A stretch of DNA of 64,000 nucleotides from Vicinamibacteria bacterium (GTDB lineage Bacteria; Acidobacteriota; Vicinamibacteria; Marinacidobacterales; Marinacidobacteraceae). Shown piece after piece: positions 18,112 through 26,912 of the stretch (position 1 is the stretch's first letter; the number at the start of each line of letters is the position of its first letter). The stretch spans positions 96,001 to 160,000 of the forward strand of contig OY821641.1 of NCBI GenBank assembly GCA_963555995.3. Reading direction: 5' to 3'. The notes beneath the pieces are model-generated. The model did no database searches and had not been told where the DNA came from. It saw only the letters and a list, made by a program, of their open reading frames with translations. Both the position numbers and the translations under genes were made by a program.

Positions 18112-18369
18112 ATGACGAAGCTGGCCGACGCGCGTGTATCGCTGAGGTTGCCCGCCTCGCTGAAGGCGGAAGCGGAGCGGCAGGCGCGGCGGAATGGGGT
18201 CTCGCTTAACCAGTTCATTGCGACGGCGCTCGCCGAAAAGGTCGGTGCGCATGGCGCTGCGGCTTTCTTTGCGGAAAGAGCGCATGGCGGTTCGGCGGCG
18301 AGAGCGATCGCCTTTCTCCGCGCGGTGCCGGACACGCCACCGGACGATCAGGACGCGCGGCGTTCCTGA
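18112..18369 (+). CDS. HicB-like/RHH antitoxin-family protein (orphan)
   Basis: SLRLPASLKAEAERQARRNGVSLNQFIATALAEKV. GAGAGG RBS; no adjacent toxin recognised. Confidence 0.75.
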   Translation: MTKLADARVSLRLPASLKAEAERQARRNGVSLNQFIATALAEKVGAHGAAAFFAERAHGGSAARAIAFLRAVPDTPPDDQDARRS

Positions 18370-18454
18370 TCGTGCCGGCCCCCCCGGCGTCCTCGGGGGT
18401 GACCCAGTCTTGGATGTCGCCAGGCGACGCCGTCCTGCCTGTCGCCTGACACGG

Positions 18455-18789
18455 AAAGACCGTAGAACCCGGGGGGCCGGTCACCGGAAAGACCGTAGAA
18501 CCGGGAGTCGGTGGGCGAAAAGACCGTAGAACCCGAGGAACCGGCAGGCGGAAAGACCGTAGAACCGGGGACCGGCGGGGGAAAAGACCGTAGAACCGGG
18601 GGGCCGGTGGGCGGAAAGACCGTAGAACCGCGGAACCGGCAGGCGGAAAGACCGTAGAACCGGGAGTCGGTGGGTGAAAAGACCGTAGAACCCGAGAGAC
18701 CGGCGGACGGAAAGACCGTAGAACCGCGGAACCGGCAGGCGGAAAGACCGTAGAACTGGGGAGCCGGTGGTCGAAGAGACCGTAGAACC
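18455..18789 (+). repeat. Interspaced tandem repeat array: 11 x AAAGACCGTAGAACC with 16-18-nt variable linkers
   Basis: Cores start at 18455, 18488, 18519, 18552, 18583, 18615, 18647, 18678, 18711, 18743 (…AACT) and 18775 (AGAG…). Confidence 0.95.
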
Positions 18790-18906
18790 GGGGACAGTCC
18801 CAACAATTCGTCGGGTAGGTCCACGTCTGGCAGAAAATGCCGTGGGTGGGGATCATGCGCCGCGCCCGACCCTGCTCATTCTCCGGAATGCGTGCCGCAC
18901 CCTCGG

Positions 18907-19296
18907 CTACGACCTGCTGTGACGGCGCGGACGGGATTGGGCGCGGTGGTGGATGTAGAGCTTCTCTGCGATCCGGGACAGGTACTCGTCACGCTCCTCG
19001 TCGCTGTCGAAGCACGGGACGGCGTCGTCGTCGAAATCGTGCTCGAAGACGGTCACGGCGCGACTGAAGTCGCCGTCCGGCAGGTAGTCCGCCCGCAGCT
19101 CGCCGTGGCGCAGTCGCACGTAGCCTCGATTTTCGGCATCGTCGAGGTCCACCATGTACTGCTCGGGGCCGATGGAGGTGATGAGCCGGAACACCGCTCC
19201 CCCGAACGTCACGGCAGAGTGCTCGGCCGCCAATCGTTCGGTGAAGAACGTCGGAAGTCCCACTGGGGTGTCGGGTAGGGGTTTGTCAGGACACAT
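18907..19296 (-). CDS. Hypothetical acidic protein (PEQY...GYVRLRHG motif)
   Basis: ATG 19296 with GAAGGTGA RBS and upstream TATAAC; 129 aa with globular composition. Confidence 0.7.
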   Translation of the reverse strand: MCPDKPLPDTPVGLPTFFTERLAAEHSAVTFGGAVFRLITSIGPEQYMVDLDDAENRGYVRLRHGELRADYLPDGDFSRAVTVFEHDFDDDAVPCFDSDEERDEYLSRIAEKLYIHHRAQSRPRRHSRS

Positions 19297-19476
19297 CGGT
19301 CGGTCACCTTCAGGGGGCGGCGGGTTATAGCGCACGGGAAGATCCGCAGGGTTTGCCGTGAGAACGCTGTCCCGCGGGTCGGCCGCCAGCAGGTGATGAC
19401 GCCGCCGGCTTGGAACGCTGACCTGGCTCGCCCGAGACGGGTAGCGGCACGTCGTCCGCGTGCCTTCGGCGCGCTG

Positions 19477-19582
19477 TGCCGGCTGAAGCCGGCGTTCCAA
19501 GCCGTACGTGCCTTCTCGCCGGGCGGCGCCGCGCGCTCTGCGGCCCTGCGGGCCGCGTGCCGACCTGAAGGTCGGCGCTCCC
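19477..19582 (-). repeat. REP-like cluster
   Basis: Minus strand: GGGAGCGCCGACC-TTCA-GGTCGGCA and TGGAACGCCGGC-TTCA-GCCGGCA. Confidence 0.8.
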
Positions 19583-19632
19583 TTCCGGTAGCGCCGCTCG
19601 GTCGGTGGAGGGGCAGGCCGTAGGCTTTGCGG

Positions 19633-21039
19633 ATGGACGCGGCGGGGACCGAGCGTACCGACGAGGGTGGTCGGGGGCTGGACATCTACATTGTCCTGTC
19701 GGTGCTGATCGGGGTCGCGGCGCTCCTTACCTGGGTCATTCCGGCGGGTCGGTACGAGCGGACGGTGCTGCCGGATGGGCGGGAGGCGGTGGTGCCGGGG
19801 TCGTACCAGGTCATCGAGCGGTCGCCGGCGGGGTTCTGGGAGGTGGTGACCGCGATTCCGGACGGGTTGACCGACGCGGCGAGCGTGGTGTTCCTCGTGT
19901 TCCTGTGCGCGGGCTCGGTGGGGGTGATGCGCCGGGCCGGGATCCTGGACCTCGGGGTGAACCGGCTGACGGCGGCCACCGGGCGGCGGGTCGAACTGCT
20001 GATCCCGGCGCTCATGTTCGGCTTCGCGGCGGTCTCGGGCGTGGTGGGGATGCCGGAGCTCTCCATTGCCTACCTGCCGATCGTGACCCCGATGCTCGGA
20101 CGGCTGGGCTGCGGGCGAACGACGGCGACCGCGGTCGCGCTGCTCCCCACGACCCTCGGCGCGGCGTTCGGGGTGACGGTGCCGGCGACCGTGGGCATCG
20201 GGCACCTGCTGGCGGGGCTGCCGATGTTTTCGGGGGCCTCCTACCGGTTCGTCTTCTTCCTGATCGTGCAGGCTGCGGCGGCCGTCTTCGTGGTGCGGCG
20301 GGCGCGGCGGGAGATCGCCCGGCGCCACGAGCCCCGCGACCCGCAGGAGACCATCCCCGCTTCGTCCGGCGAAACCGAGCCGGCCGCCTTCCGGGGGCGC
20401 CAGAAGGCGGCGGGCGTGGTGGCGCTCGGGCTGTTCGTCGTGTTCGTGGTTTTGGTCCTGACGCTCGGGCTCGGGTTCGAGGAAATCGGCGGCGCCTTCG
20501 TCGCGATGGCCGTCGTCGTTTCGCTGGTGGCGGGGCGGGGGTTGAACCAGATCTGCACGGATTTCAACGACGCGTTCCGGGAGATCCTGGTCGGCGCCCT
20601 GGTCTGCGGGGTGGCCCGCGGGGTGTCGGTGGTGATGACCGAGGGGATGGTCATGGACACCGTGGTGTACGGCGCGGCGCTGCTCGTCTCCTCGCTGCCG
20701 CCCGCGCTTACCGCCGTGGGGGTGCTGTTCGGGCAGACGGTCTTCAACTTCCTCGTCCCCTCCGGGAGCGGACAGGCGCTCATCACGCTGCCCATCCTGG
20801 TGCCGGTGGCCGACCTCGCGGGGGTCACCCGGCAGGTGGTGGTGCTCGCCACCCAGTGGGGCGACGGCATCACGAACGTGATCTTCCCGACGTCCGGGTA
20901 CTTCATGGCGACGCTCGTGATGGCGCGCGTCGGACTCCTGCAGTGGATCCGCTACTACCTGCCGCTCTTCGGGATCATCCTGCTGGTCGCGACGAGCGGG
21001 CTCGTCGTCGCCCAGCACATAGAGCTCGGCCCGTTCTGA
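19633..21039 (+). CDS. YfcC family (C4-dicarboxylate anaerobic carrier-like) transporter
   Basis: LTWVIPAGRYER, FNFLVPSGSGQA, QWGDGITN...PTSG; about 12 hydrophobic segments. Confidence 0.9.
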   Translation: MDAAGTERTDEGGRGLDIYIVLSVLIGVAALLTWVIPAGRYERTVLPDGREAVVPGSYQVIERSPAGFWEVVTAIPDGLTDAASVVFLVFLCAGSVGVMRRAGILDLGVNRLTAATGRRVELLIPALMFGFAAVSGVVGMPELSIAYLPIVTPMLGRLGCGRTTATAVALLPTTLGAAFGVTVPATVGIGHLLAGLPMFSGASYRFVFFLIVQAAAAVFVVRRARREIARRHEPRDPQETIPASSGETEPAAFRGRQKAAGVVALGLFVVFVVLVLTLGLGFEEIGGAFVAMAVVVSLVAGRGLNQICTDFNDAFREILVGALVCGVARGVSVVMTEGMVMDTVVYGAALLVSSLPPALTAVGVLFGQTVFNFLVPSGSGQALITLPILVPVADLAGVTRQVVVLATQWGDGITNVIFPTSGYFMATLVMARVGLLQWIRYYLPLFGIILLVATSGLVVAQHIELGPF

Positions 21040-21046
21040 GGTCACC

Positions 21047-21538
21047 ATGCGCATCGTCAAGCTTCCCGTCGAGCCCATGACGGCCGAGTCCTTCGCCCCC
21101 TACGGCGAGGTCATCGAGGCGCGGGAACGGCCGGCCGACGGCCGCCGGTTCTTTCCGATTGATTTCCGGATCGCCGGCCGGACCACGATGGACGTCATCT
21201 GGCAACCGGTCGGGGGAAAGCGGTTCCGGATGCTGGAGCGCCACTTTGCGGTCACTCAGGCCTTCATTCCGCTCGAGGGTGCGCCCGCGGTGGTGGCGGT
21301 GGCCCCGCCCACCGATCTCGACGATGCCGAGGCCGTGCCGAAGCCGGAGGAGGTGCGCGCCTTCCTGATTGATCCGGGGAAGGGGTACGCCTACCGGACC
21401 GGAACCTGGCATTCGCTCGACCGCTTTCTGCTAGGGCCGCCGGGCGCCAGCTTCGTGATCCTGAACGTGGACCCGAATCCGACGCAGTTCGTGGACTACG
21501 GCGAGCGGTTCGGGGTGGAGTTCGAGGTGGACGCGTAG
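21047..21538 (+). CDS. Ureidoglycolate lyase (AllA) family protein
   Basis: EPMTAESFAPYGEVI, LERHFAVTQAFIP, YRTGTWH. Confidence 0.85.
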   Translation: MRIVKLPVEPMTAESFAPYGEVIEARERPADGRRFFPIDFRIAGRTTMDVIWQPVGGKRFRMLERHFAVTQAFIPLEGAPAVVAVAPPTDLDDAEAVPKPEEVRAFLIDPGKGYAYRTGTWHSLDRFLLGPPGASFVILNVDPNPTQFVDYGERFGVEFEVDA

Positions 21539-21754
21539 GGAGGCTCGAGGACCGAAGGACTGCGGCAGTGGAACGCCTGCTTGCTGCCAATCGTGGTGCT
21601 ACGATGGTGAGCAAGGAGCACGTCGCTATCGCCCGCGGTATGTGCCCAGGGTGCCTGGCTCCCCAAATGGAAAGGCGATCCGGCTTGCCGGAGGCGGAGG
21701 GTTCTCGACCTTCGCCCGTGGTCCCGCGGGGCTACCAGGCGCAGCCCCATCCGG

Positions 21755-22300
21755 TCATTCGGGGCCGCGGAATACGGTCATCGCCTCGGCCCGCAGCCTC
21801 TCGACATACTGTTCGCTGACCTCGTAGAAGGTCTTCAGGGTCAGACGCGCTCCGTCGGGGCTCCGCCGCACAACGGCGTCAAACAGTCTTCCGTCCACCT
21901 CGCCGACCAGGTTCAGGCGTCGCTCCATTTCGGCCTCTGACACCGGTTGGGCGGGCATGCGGCGTATCACCTCCCGCGGCGCGGCCAACACTTCCGACGC
22001 ACGTAGCAGGTCGCGTTTCTGGAGGCCATGCTTCCGGATCAGTTTGCGCGCCGTGCCCGCATCAAGACGCACCAGGTCGGTCTCTACGCCCATCCAGTGC
22101 TGAACGGCGGGATCCAGCACCCCCACGACGAGGCGCCCCTGCGGGTTGGCCAGAAATCCATCAACGATCGGACTCCGCAGCATGGCGCGCAGCGCGGCGT
22201 CCCGTCGCGCGTCGCGCGGCGCTGCGGGCGCGGCCGCCCGGCGCTCCTCCCGCGGTCCCGCGCGCCCGACGGTGGAGGATCGGCGCGTGCGCCGGGTCAC
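21755..22300 (-). CDS. Hypothetical protein resembling phage MuF C-terminal BECR (PBECR2-like) nuclease domain
   Basis: FLANPQG..VGVL...VRLDAGTARKLIRKH ... AVVRRSPDGARLTLKTFY pattern. GTGA overlap with the upstream gene; alternative ATG at 22183. Confidence 0.5.
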   Translation of the reverse strand: MTRRTRRSSTVGRAGPREERRAAAPAAPRDARRDAALRAMLRSPIVDGFLANPQGRLVVGVLDPAVQHWMGVETDLVRLDAGTARKLIRKHGLQKRDLLRASEVLAAPREVIRRMPAQPVSEAEMERRLNLVGEVDGRLFDAVVRRSPDGARLTLKTFYEVSEQYVERLRAEAMTVFRGPE

Positions 22301-22845
22301 CGGAGGAGGCGGCGTTCGGCGACGAGGGCGTCGAGTTCCCGGCGGAGTTCTTCCTGTTCGGCGCGGAGACGGCTCGCGTCCAGGGGGCTCCGGAGGCGGT
22401 TCGGGTTGCGTTGTGCGAAGGGCAGGCCGCTGGCCCCGATGGCGGTCAGCGACGCCTCGATGTCCAGCAGGCGCTCGAGGATCTCCGGCACCCGTTCGCC
22501 GATCTCCAGGAGGCGCGCGTCCATCGCGGCCCGCGATTCTGCGGGGGCGATGTCAACGGTGTCGTCGCCGGGTTCGACGTCCCGCGCCTCCGCCTCGGCA
22601 ACGGGAGGCTCCTCGTCGTTCGCCGGCCGCGGCGGTTCGGTGATGCCGCGCCGGTAGCCGCCGGCGAGGTCGGCATCGGTGAAGCGGGGCGCCGGGCCGT
22701 GCTGCTCCCGGCTTGCCGCGACGCGGGCTCGGTTTCGCCGGGCCGCCTCCGCAAGCGACGGTTGGTCCTGCTGCGCGGACGGTGGGGGAGCGGCGCTCCC
22801 GGCGGTTGCGGTCAGCCCGAAGGCAAAAGCAGCGGCCGCAACCAC
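22297..22845 (-). CDS. Secreted hypothetical protein (SLAEAAR...FTDADL motif, coiled-coil C-terminus)
   Basis: Signal-like N-terminus followed by QPSLAEAARR...RFTDADL; start uncertain. Confidence 0.6.
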   Translation of the reverse strand: MVAAAAFAFGLTATAGSAAPPPSAQQDQPSLAEAARRNRARVAASREQHGPAPRFTDADLAGGYRRGITEPPRPANDEEPPVAEAEARDVEPGDDTVDIAPAESRAAMDARLLEIGERVPEILERLLDIEASLTAIGASGLPFAQRNPNRLRSPLDASRLRAEQEELRRELDALVAERRLLR

Positions 22846-22855
22846 TGCGAGCGAT

Positions 22856-24076
22856 TCAGGTCTTGACCGGATTGCCGAAGCGGTCGCGCAGGACGTACGG
22901 CGGCAGGCGGTATTCCTCGCGGAACATCTGGGTGCGGACGGAACCCGTGACATGGGACGCGATGTCTCTCCCGGTGAGCAGATAGACGACAGTGGGGCAA
23001 AGGTCGCGCCGCATCACCTGCTCGGGGAACACCGCGCCCTGCCGGAAGTCGGGGCCGACCCCGAGCGTCCAGACGTTGTGGGCGTAGTAGTTCCCCTGCG
23101 AGTGATGGAGCTGTCCGTACACGTTGACCTCGTCATCGCGCCCGCATTCGGGGCGCAGCAGGATCGAGGTGGTGTCACGCAGGTACGGATCGTTCTGGAT
23201 GAAATCGTGGAGGTTGCCGATGAGCTCGTCGGTGGCCGCGATGTGCCGCCGGTACTGCTCGTAGTCGGTGTCGTAGTCCCAGAAGCCGGCGTCGGCGTGG
23301 GCGTCGTCGAGCGCGAGCATCTGGATGGTGATCAGCTTCGGCCGGAAGTCCCGGAGAAGCTGCTTCGCGATCTCGAAGCACTGCCCGTCGCCGAGCGGCA
23401 CCTCCCGGTCCACCAGCGAGGTCTTCGTGGACGCGGGTACGTCGGTCCGGCGGGACACGGCGTCGGCGAGCCAGTCCTCGAGGTCCTTCCGGGTCCGCCG
23501 GGTGTGGCCGAGTCCCGGTTCGATGTTGGCTTGCACCAGTTCCGCCGCCGACCGCGCCTGGTCGTCGTGGAACAGCTTGTTCATGGTCAGCGAGTTGGCG
23601 CCGAACTGCAGTCCCCCGTCCGGGTGGGCGCTCCAGTGCTTCCGGTCGAAGACCCAGGAGCGGTAGTAGCTGACTCCCTGGAGCATCCAGTAGTCGTTCA
23701 CCGAACCGCCGAGCTCCTTGCGGACGGTCTCGGTCCAGGTCGGATAGAGCGGATGCTCCGAGACCGTTTCCCGGCCGGTCAGCATCTCGGTGTACATGTA
23801 GCCGTGGAGGTTCGCGGTCTCCCCGAAGTCCTCGGTGAAGACGCTCCCCGCGTCCATCATCCGCGCCATGTGCGGCGCGTGCGCCCGGTCCTCGACGGTG
23901 TCCTTCTTCCGGCAGCCGTTGCCGTAGAGGATGACGACCAGGTGCTTCGTCTTGAGGCTCGCGTCGGGAACGACGGCGGCGCGTTCCGGGGTTGCGGCCA
24001 GCAGCCGATCCGCGCTGCCGAGGCCGAGGGCCGCGGCGCCGGCGGCGCCGAGAAAGTGGCGGCGGTTCATGCTCAT
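22856..24076 (-). CDS. Tat-exported alkaline-phosphatase-superfamily-like protein
   Basis: MNRRHFL twin-arginine signal; KHLVVILYGNG, DDAHAD, TDELIG, RPECGRD, HH, GVGPDF, DLCPTV pattern. ATGA overlap with the upstream gene. Confidence 0.7.
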   Translation of the reverse strand: MSMNRRHFLGAAGAAALGLGSADRLLAATPERAAVVPDASLKTKHLVVILYGNGCRKKDTVEDRAHAPHMARMMDAGSVFTEDFGETANLHGYMYTEMLTGRETVSEHPLYPTWTETVRKELGGSVNDYWMLQGVSYYRSWVFDRKHWSAHPDGGLQFGANSLTMNKLFHDDQARSAAELVQANIEPGLGHTRRTRKDLEDWLADAVSRRTDVPASTKTSLVDREVPLGDGQCFEIAKQLLRDFRPKLITIQMLALDDAHADAGFWDYDTDYEQYRRHIAATDELIGNLHDFIQNDPYLRDTTSILLRPECGRDDEVNVYGQLHHSQGNYYAHNVWTLGVGPDFRQGAVFPEQVMRRDLCPTVVYLLTGRDIASHVTGSVRTQMFREEYRLPPYVLRDRFGNPVKT

Positions 24077-25494
24077 TGTCGAGTCTTCTCCGATGCGGTC
24101 GCTTTCGCTTCGGGGAGAAAAACCACTTCGAGGCCGCGGACCTCCTCGTCCCGTACCGGATTCAGGTTCAGGTAATTCCGGGCCCGATCGGAGAGGTTCA
24201 CCCGGGACACCGTATAGACGCCGCGCTCCTGCCACTCCTCGATCTTCAGGGCGCCCCGGAAGACGTTGGGCTGCGGCACCAGCGAGGGCCGGTTCAGCGG
24301 GGGGTTCCGGCTCTCGAGTTCCACCCGGACGAGATCGGCGCCGCTCGGGCTCTGGAAGGAAACGTACACCTTGTCCACGCCGCTCAGGTTGTCCTCCACG
24401 AGCGCCGCGACGGGAATGGACTCGCTCGCCAGCGCCTCCCGCTGCGGCAGTTCCACCGCGAGCAGCACCGGCGCCTCGTCGTCGCGCATTTCGGGATTCT
24501 CGTGAACCAGAACACTCAGGTCGGCGAGCACCGGTGCGGTGGCGGCGAAGATCAGGGCGCTGTTCCGCGCCGCGTCGTAGAGCTCGACCTTCTGGACCCG
24601 CCAGAGGCCGCCCTCGTACCACTCGGGAATCGAGAAGGCCCCGAGGAAACGTCCCGGCCGCCGCGCGTCGCCGATCAGGTCCGCCCGCACGGCGCGCCTC
24701 CCCGAGGGGCTCGTGAAGACCGCCCGCGCCTGGGTCGGGCCGGCGAGGTTGTCCTCCGCGAAGGCCTCCACCCGGATCGTCTCTCCGACGCCCACTTCGG
24801 GGGTGAGGATCTCGAGCGAGCGGAGTGTCGGCGGGGTCACGTCCGCCTCCGGGTTCTCCGAGACGACGAAATAGGCCGGGCTGCCGTCCGGCGCCCGCAT
24901 CACCGGGTTGAACTCGGTGGAATACGCCTTCTTGCGCCCGTGCTCGTCGGTGATCATGGTCGAGCCGACGTTGTAGCGGCCGCCGGGGTGGTGGCGGTCC
25001 ACCTTGCCGCGCCCGAGGTAGAGGTAGAGGTCCTTCTCGTGGGGCTTGAAGTTCACGTAGATGACCGAGGCCCGGCCGTACTCCTGGCTCCAGAACTCGG
25101 CGACGAAACGCCGCCCCTTCTCGAAGGCGGGCTCCACTTTCGCGATCGCCCGCACGGTGTCCCCGGGGTCCACCGCCACGTCAATGACCCGGAACTCCGT
25201 CAGGGCGGTCGAACGATGGTCCCCGCTCAGCTCCCCCTGCGCCGTCTGGGCGCCGCGCCGGCGGTACTGGAAGACCTCGGGGACGTAGTCCTCGTCGGCG
25301 ACCCCGAGCTGGCCGGTGACGTCGGCGCTCGCGGGTTCGGTGCCCATCGTGACGTCCTCGACGATCTCGAAGGGGTACTCGGCAGCCTTCGCGCGCTGAT
25401 CCTGCTCGTCCTCGCGCGGCTGGTCCTCACGCGGTTGGGCGAGCGCCACCGGCGCACCGAGCAACGCGGCGAACACCACGGGGCGCACCGTCAT
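24073..25494 (-). CDS. Secreted hypothetical protein with two tandem Ig-like repeats
   Basis: Signal peptide ending ALA-Q; repeats D..PP/AP.L...EDNL.G......F.SPSG...F.G...I..W...G......V.L.D.ARN. Confidence 0.75.
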   Translation of the reverse strand: MTVRPVVFAALLGAPVALAQPREDQPREDEQDQRAKAAEYPFEIVEDVTMGTEPASADVTGQLGVADEDYVPEVFQYRRRGAQTAQGELSGDHRSTALTEFRVIDVAVDPGDTVRAIAKVEPAFEKGRRFVAEFWSQEYGRASVIYVNFKPHEKDLYLYLGRGKVDRHHPGGRYNVGSTMITDEHGRKKAYSTEFNPVMRAPDGSPAYFVVSENPEADVTPPTLRSLEILTPEVGVGETIRVEAFAEDNLAGPTQARAVFTSPSGRRAVRADLIGDARRPGRFLGAFSIPEWYEGGLWRVQKVELYDAARNSALIFAATAPVLADLSVLVHENPEMRDDEAPVLLAVELPQREALASESIPVAALVEDNLSGVDKVYVSFQSPSGADLVRVELESRNPPLNRPSLVPQPNVFRGALKIEEWQERGVYTVSRVNLSDRARNYLNLNPVRDEEVRGLEVVFLPEAKATASEKTRQ

Positions 25495-25604
25495 CAAGGG
25501 GATACCGAGCCGATTCGCCAATATATCATCCGCCCCCCGGCGCCCGGACTCACTCCGGAAGCGGCCGATTCTCCCGGCGCCACCCTGTCCAAGGACTGCT
25601 GCAC

Positions 25605-26912
25605 ATGCCTCTTTTTGCCCGGCGTTTCGGCCACATGGGGACCGAGAACGCGTTCAAGATCGGAGAAGACATGGCCCGCGCCCGGGCGCGCGGCGTGGAC
25701 GTCATTCCGTTCACCATCGGCGAGCCCGACTTCGACAGCGCACCGCACATCAACGAGGCGGGGATCGCCGCCATCCGCGCCGGGGACACCCACTACACGG
25801 ACCCGGCCGGGATTGCCCCGCTCCGGGAAGCGCTCGCCGCCTACGTGACCCGGACACGGGGGATCGAGGTTGCGGCGGACCGGGTCATCATCCTCCCGGG
25901 GGCCAAGCCGGCGATCGGCTACACGATGATGGCCTACGTGGACCCCGGCGACGAGGTGATCTACCCGAGCCCCGGGTTCCCGATCTACGAGTCGTGGGTG
26001 ACCTATCTCGGGGGCGTGCCGAAGCCGCTCGTGCTGCGGGAGGAGCGGGGCTTTTCCTTCACGGTGGACGACCTCGACCGGCTGCTCACCGAGCGGACGA
26101 AGGTCCTGATGCTCTGCTCGCCCTCGAACCCGACCGGCGGCGTGCTTCCCAAGAGCCTCCTCGAGGAGGTCGCCGCGCTGGTGAAGGAGCGGGGCCGCCC
26201 GGACATCCGCATCTACTCGGACGAGATCTACGAGCACATCACCTTCGACGGGTTCGAGCACACCTCGATGGCCTCCCTGCCGGGCATGGACCGCCACACG
26301 ATCATCGCGAGCGGGCACTCCAAGGGGTACGCCATGACCGGCTGGCGGCTCGGCTGGTGCGTGCTGCCCACCGCGGAGGAGGCCCTCCGGTTCAAGCAGA
26401 TCAACATCAACACGGTGAGCTGCGTTCCTCCCTTCATCCAGCAGGCCGCCCGCGAAGCGCTGGAGAACCCGAAGACCTGGGAGGTGGTGGGCTCGATGGT
26501 GGCCGAGTTCAAGCGGCGGCGCGATACCGTGGTACCGGCGCTGAACGCGATCCCCGGGATCACCTGCGCGAATCCGCTCGGGGCCTTCTACGTGTTCCCG
26601 AACATCACGGGGGTGTGCGAGTCCCTCGGGGCCACGGCGCACTTCGGGTCCCTGCCGGACACCCTGAAGGCGAGCACCAGCCCGGCGACCCTGGTCTCCC
26701 GGTTCCTCCTCTACTACCACGGGGTCGCCCTGGTGGACCGCCGCAGCTTCGGCGTGATCGGCAGCGAGGGACAGAACTTCCTGCGCCTCTCCTACGCGGC
26801 GGACATGGATTCCATCCGCGAGGGCATCCGGCGGATCGCCGCCGGGGTGGCCGACCACGACGGGTTCGCCCGCTTCCTCAACGATCAAACAGCCCTGGGA
26901 CTTGCCGCATGA
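25605..26912 (+). CDS. Class I/II PLP aminotransferase (aspartate aminotransferase-like)
   Basis: GEPDFD, SPSNPTG, SDEIYE, SKGYAMTGWRLG, GAFYVFPN. Confidence 0.93.
   Translation: MPLFARRFGHMGTENAFKIGEDMARARARGVDVIPFTIGEPDFDSAPHINEAGIAAIRAGDTHYTDPAGIAPLREALAAYVTRTRGIEVAADRVIILPGAKPAIGYTMMAYVDPGDEVIYPSPGFPIYESWVTYLGGVPKPLVLREERGFSFTVDDLDRLLTERTKVLMLCSPSNPTGGVLPKSLLEEVAALVKERGRPDIRIYSDEIYEHITFDGFEHTSMASLPGMDRHTIIASGHSKGYAMTGWRLGWCVLPTAEEALRFKQININTVSCVPPFIQQAAREALENPKTWEVVGSMVAEFKRRRDTVVPALNAIPGITCANPLGAFYVFPNITGVCESLGATAHFGSLPDTLKASTSPATLVSRFLLYYHGVALVDRRSFGVIGSEGQNFLRLSYAADMDSIREGIRRIAAGVADHDGFARFLNDQTALGLAA

Noticed and set aside
18455-18789. CRISPR array
   Set aside because: The repeat is only 15 nt, linkers are 16-18 nt, mutually related and partly duplicated, and there are no cas genes or AT-rich leader in the window.
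18215-18856. Repeat-protein ORFs across the array (18215..18856 and 18348..18824, minus strand)
   Set aside because: Unit lengths of 31-33 nt shift the frame between units, and several frames are open simply because of composition; one ORF also overlaps the HicB-like gene.
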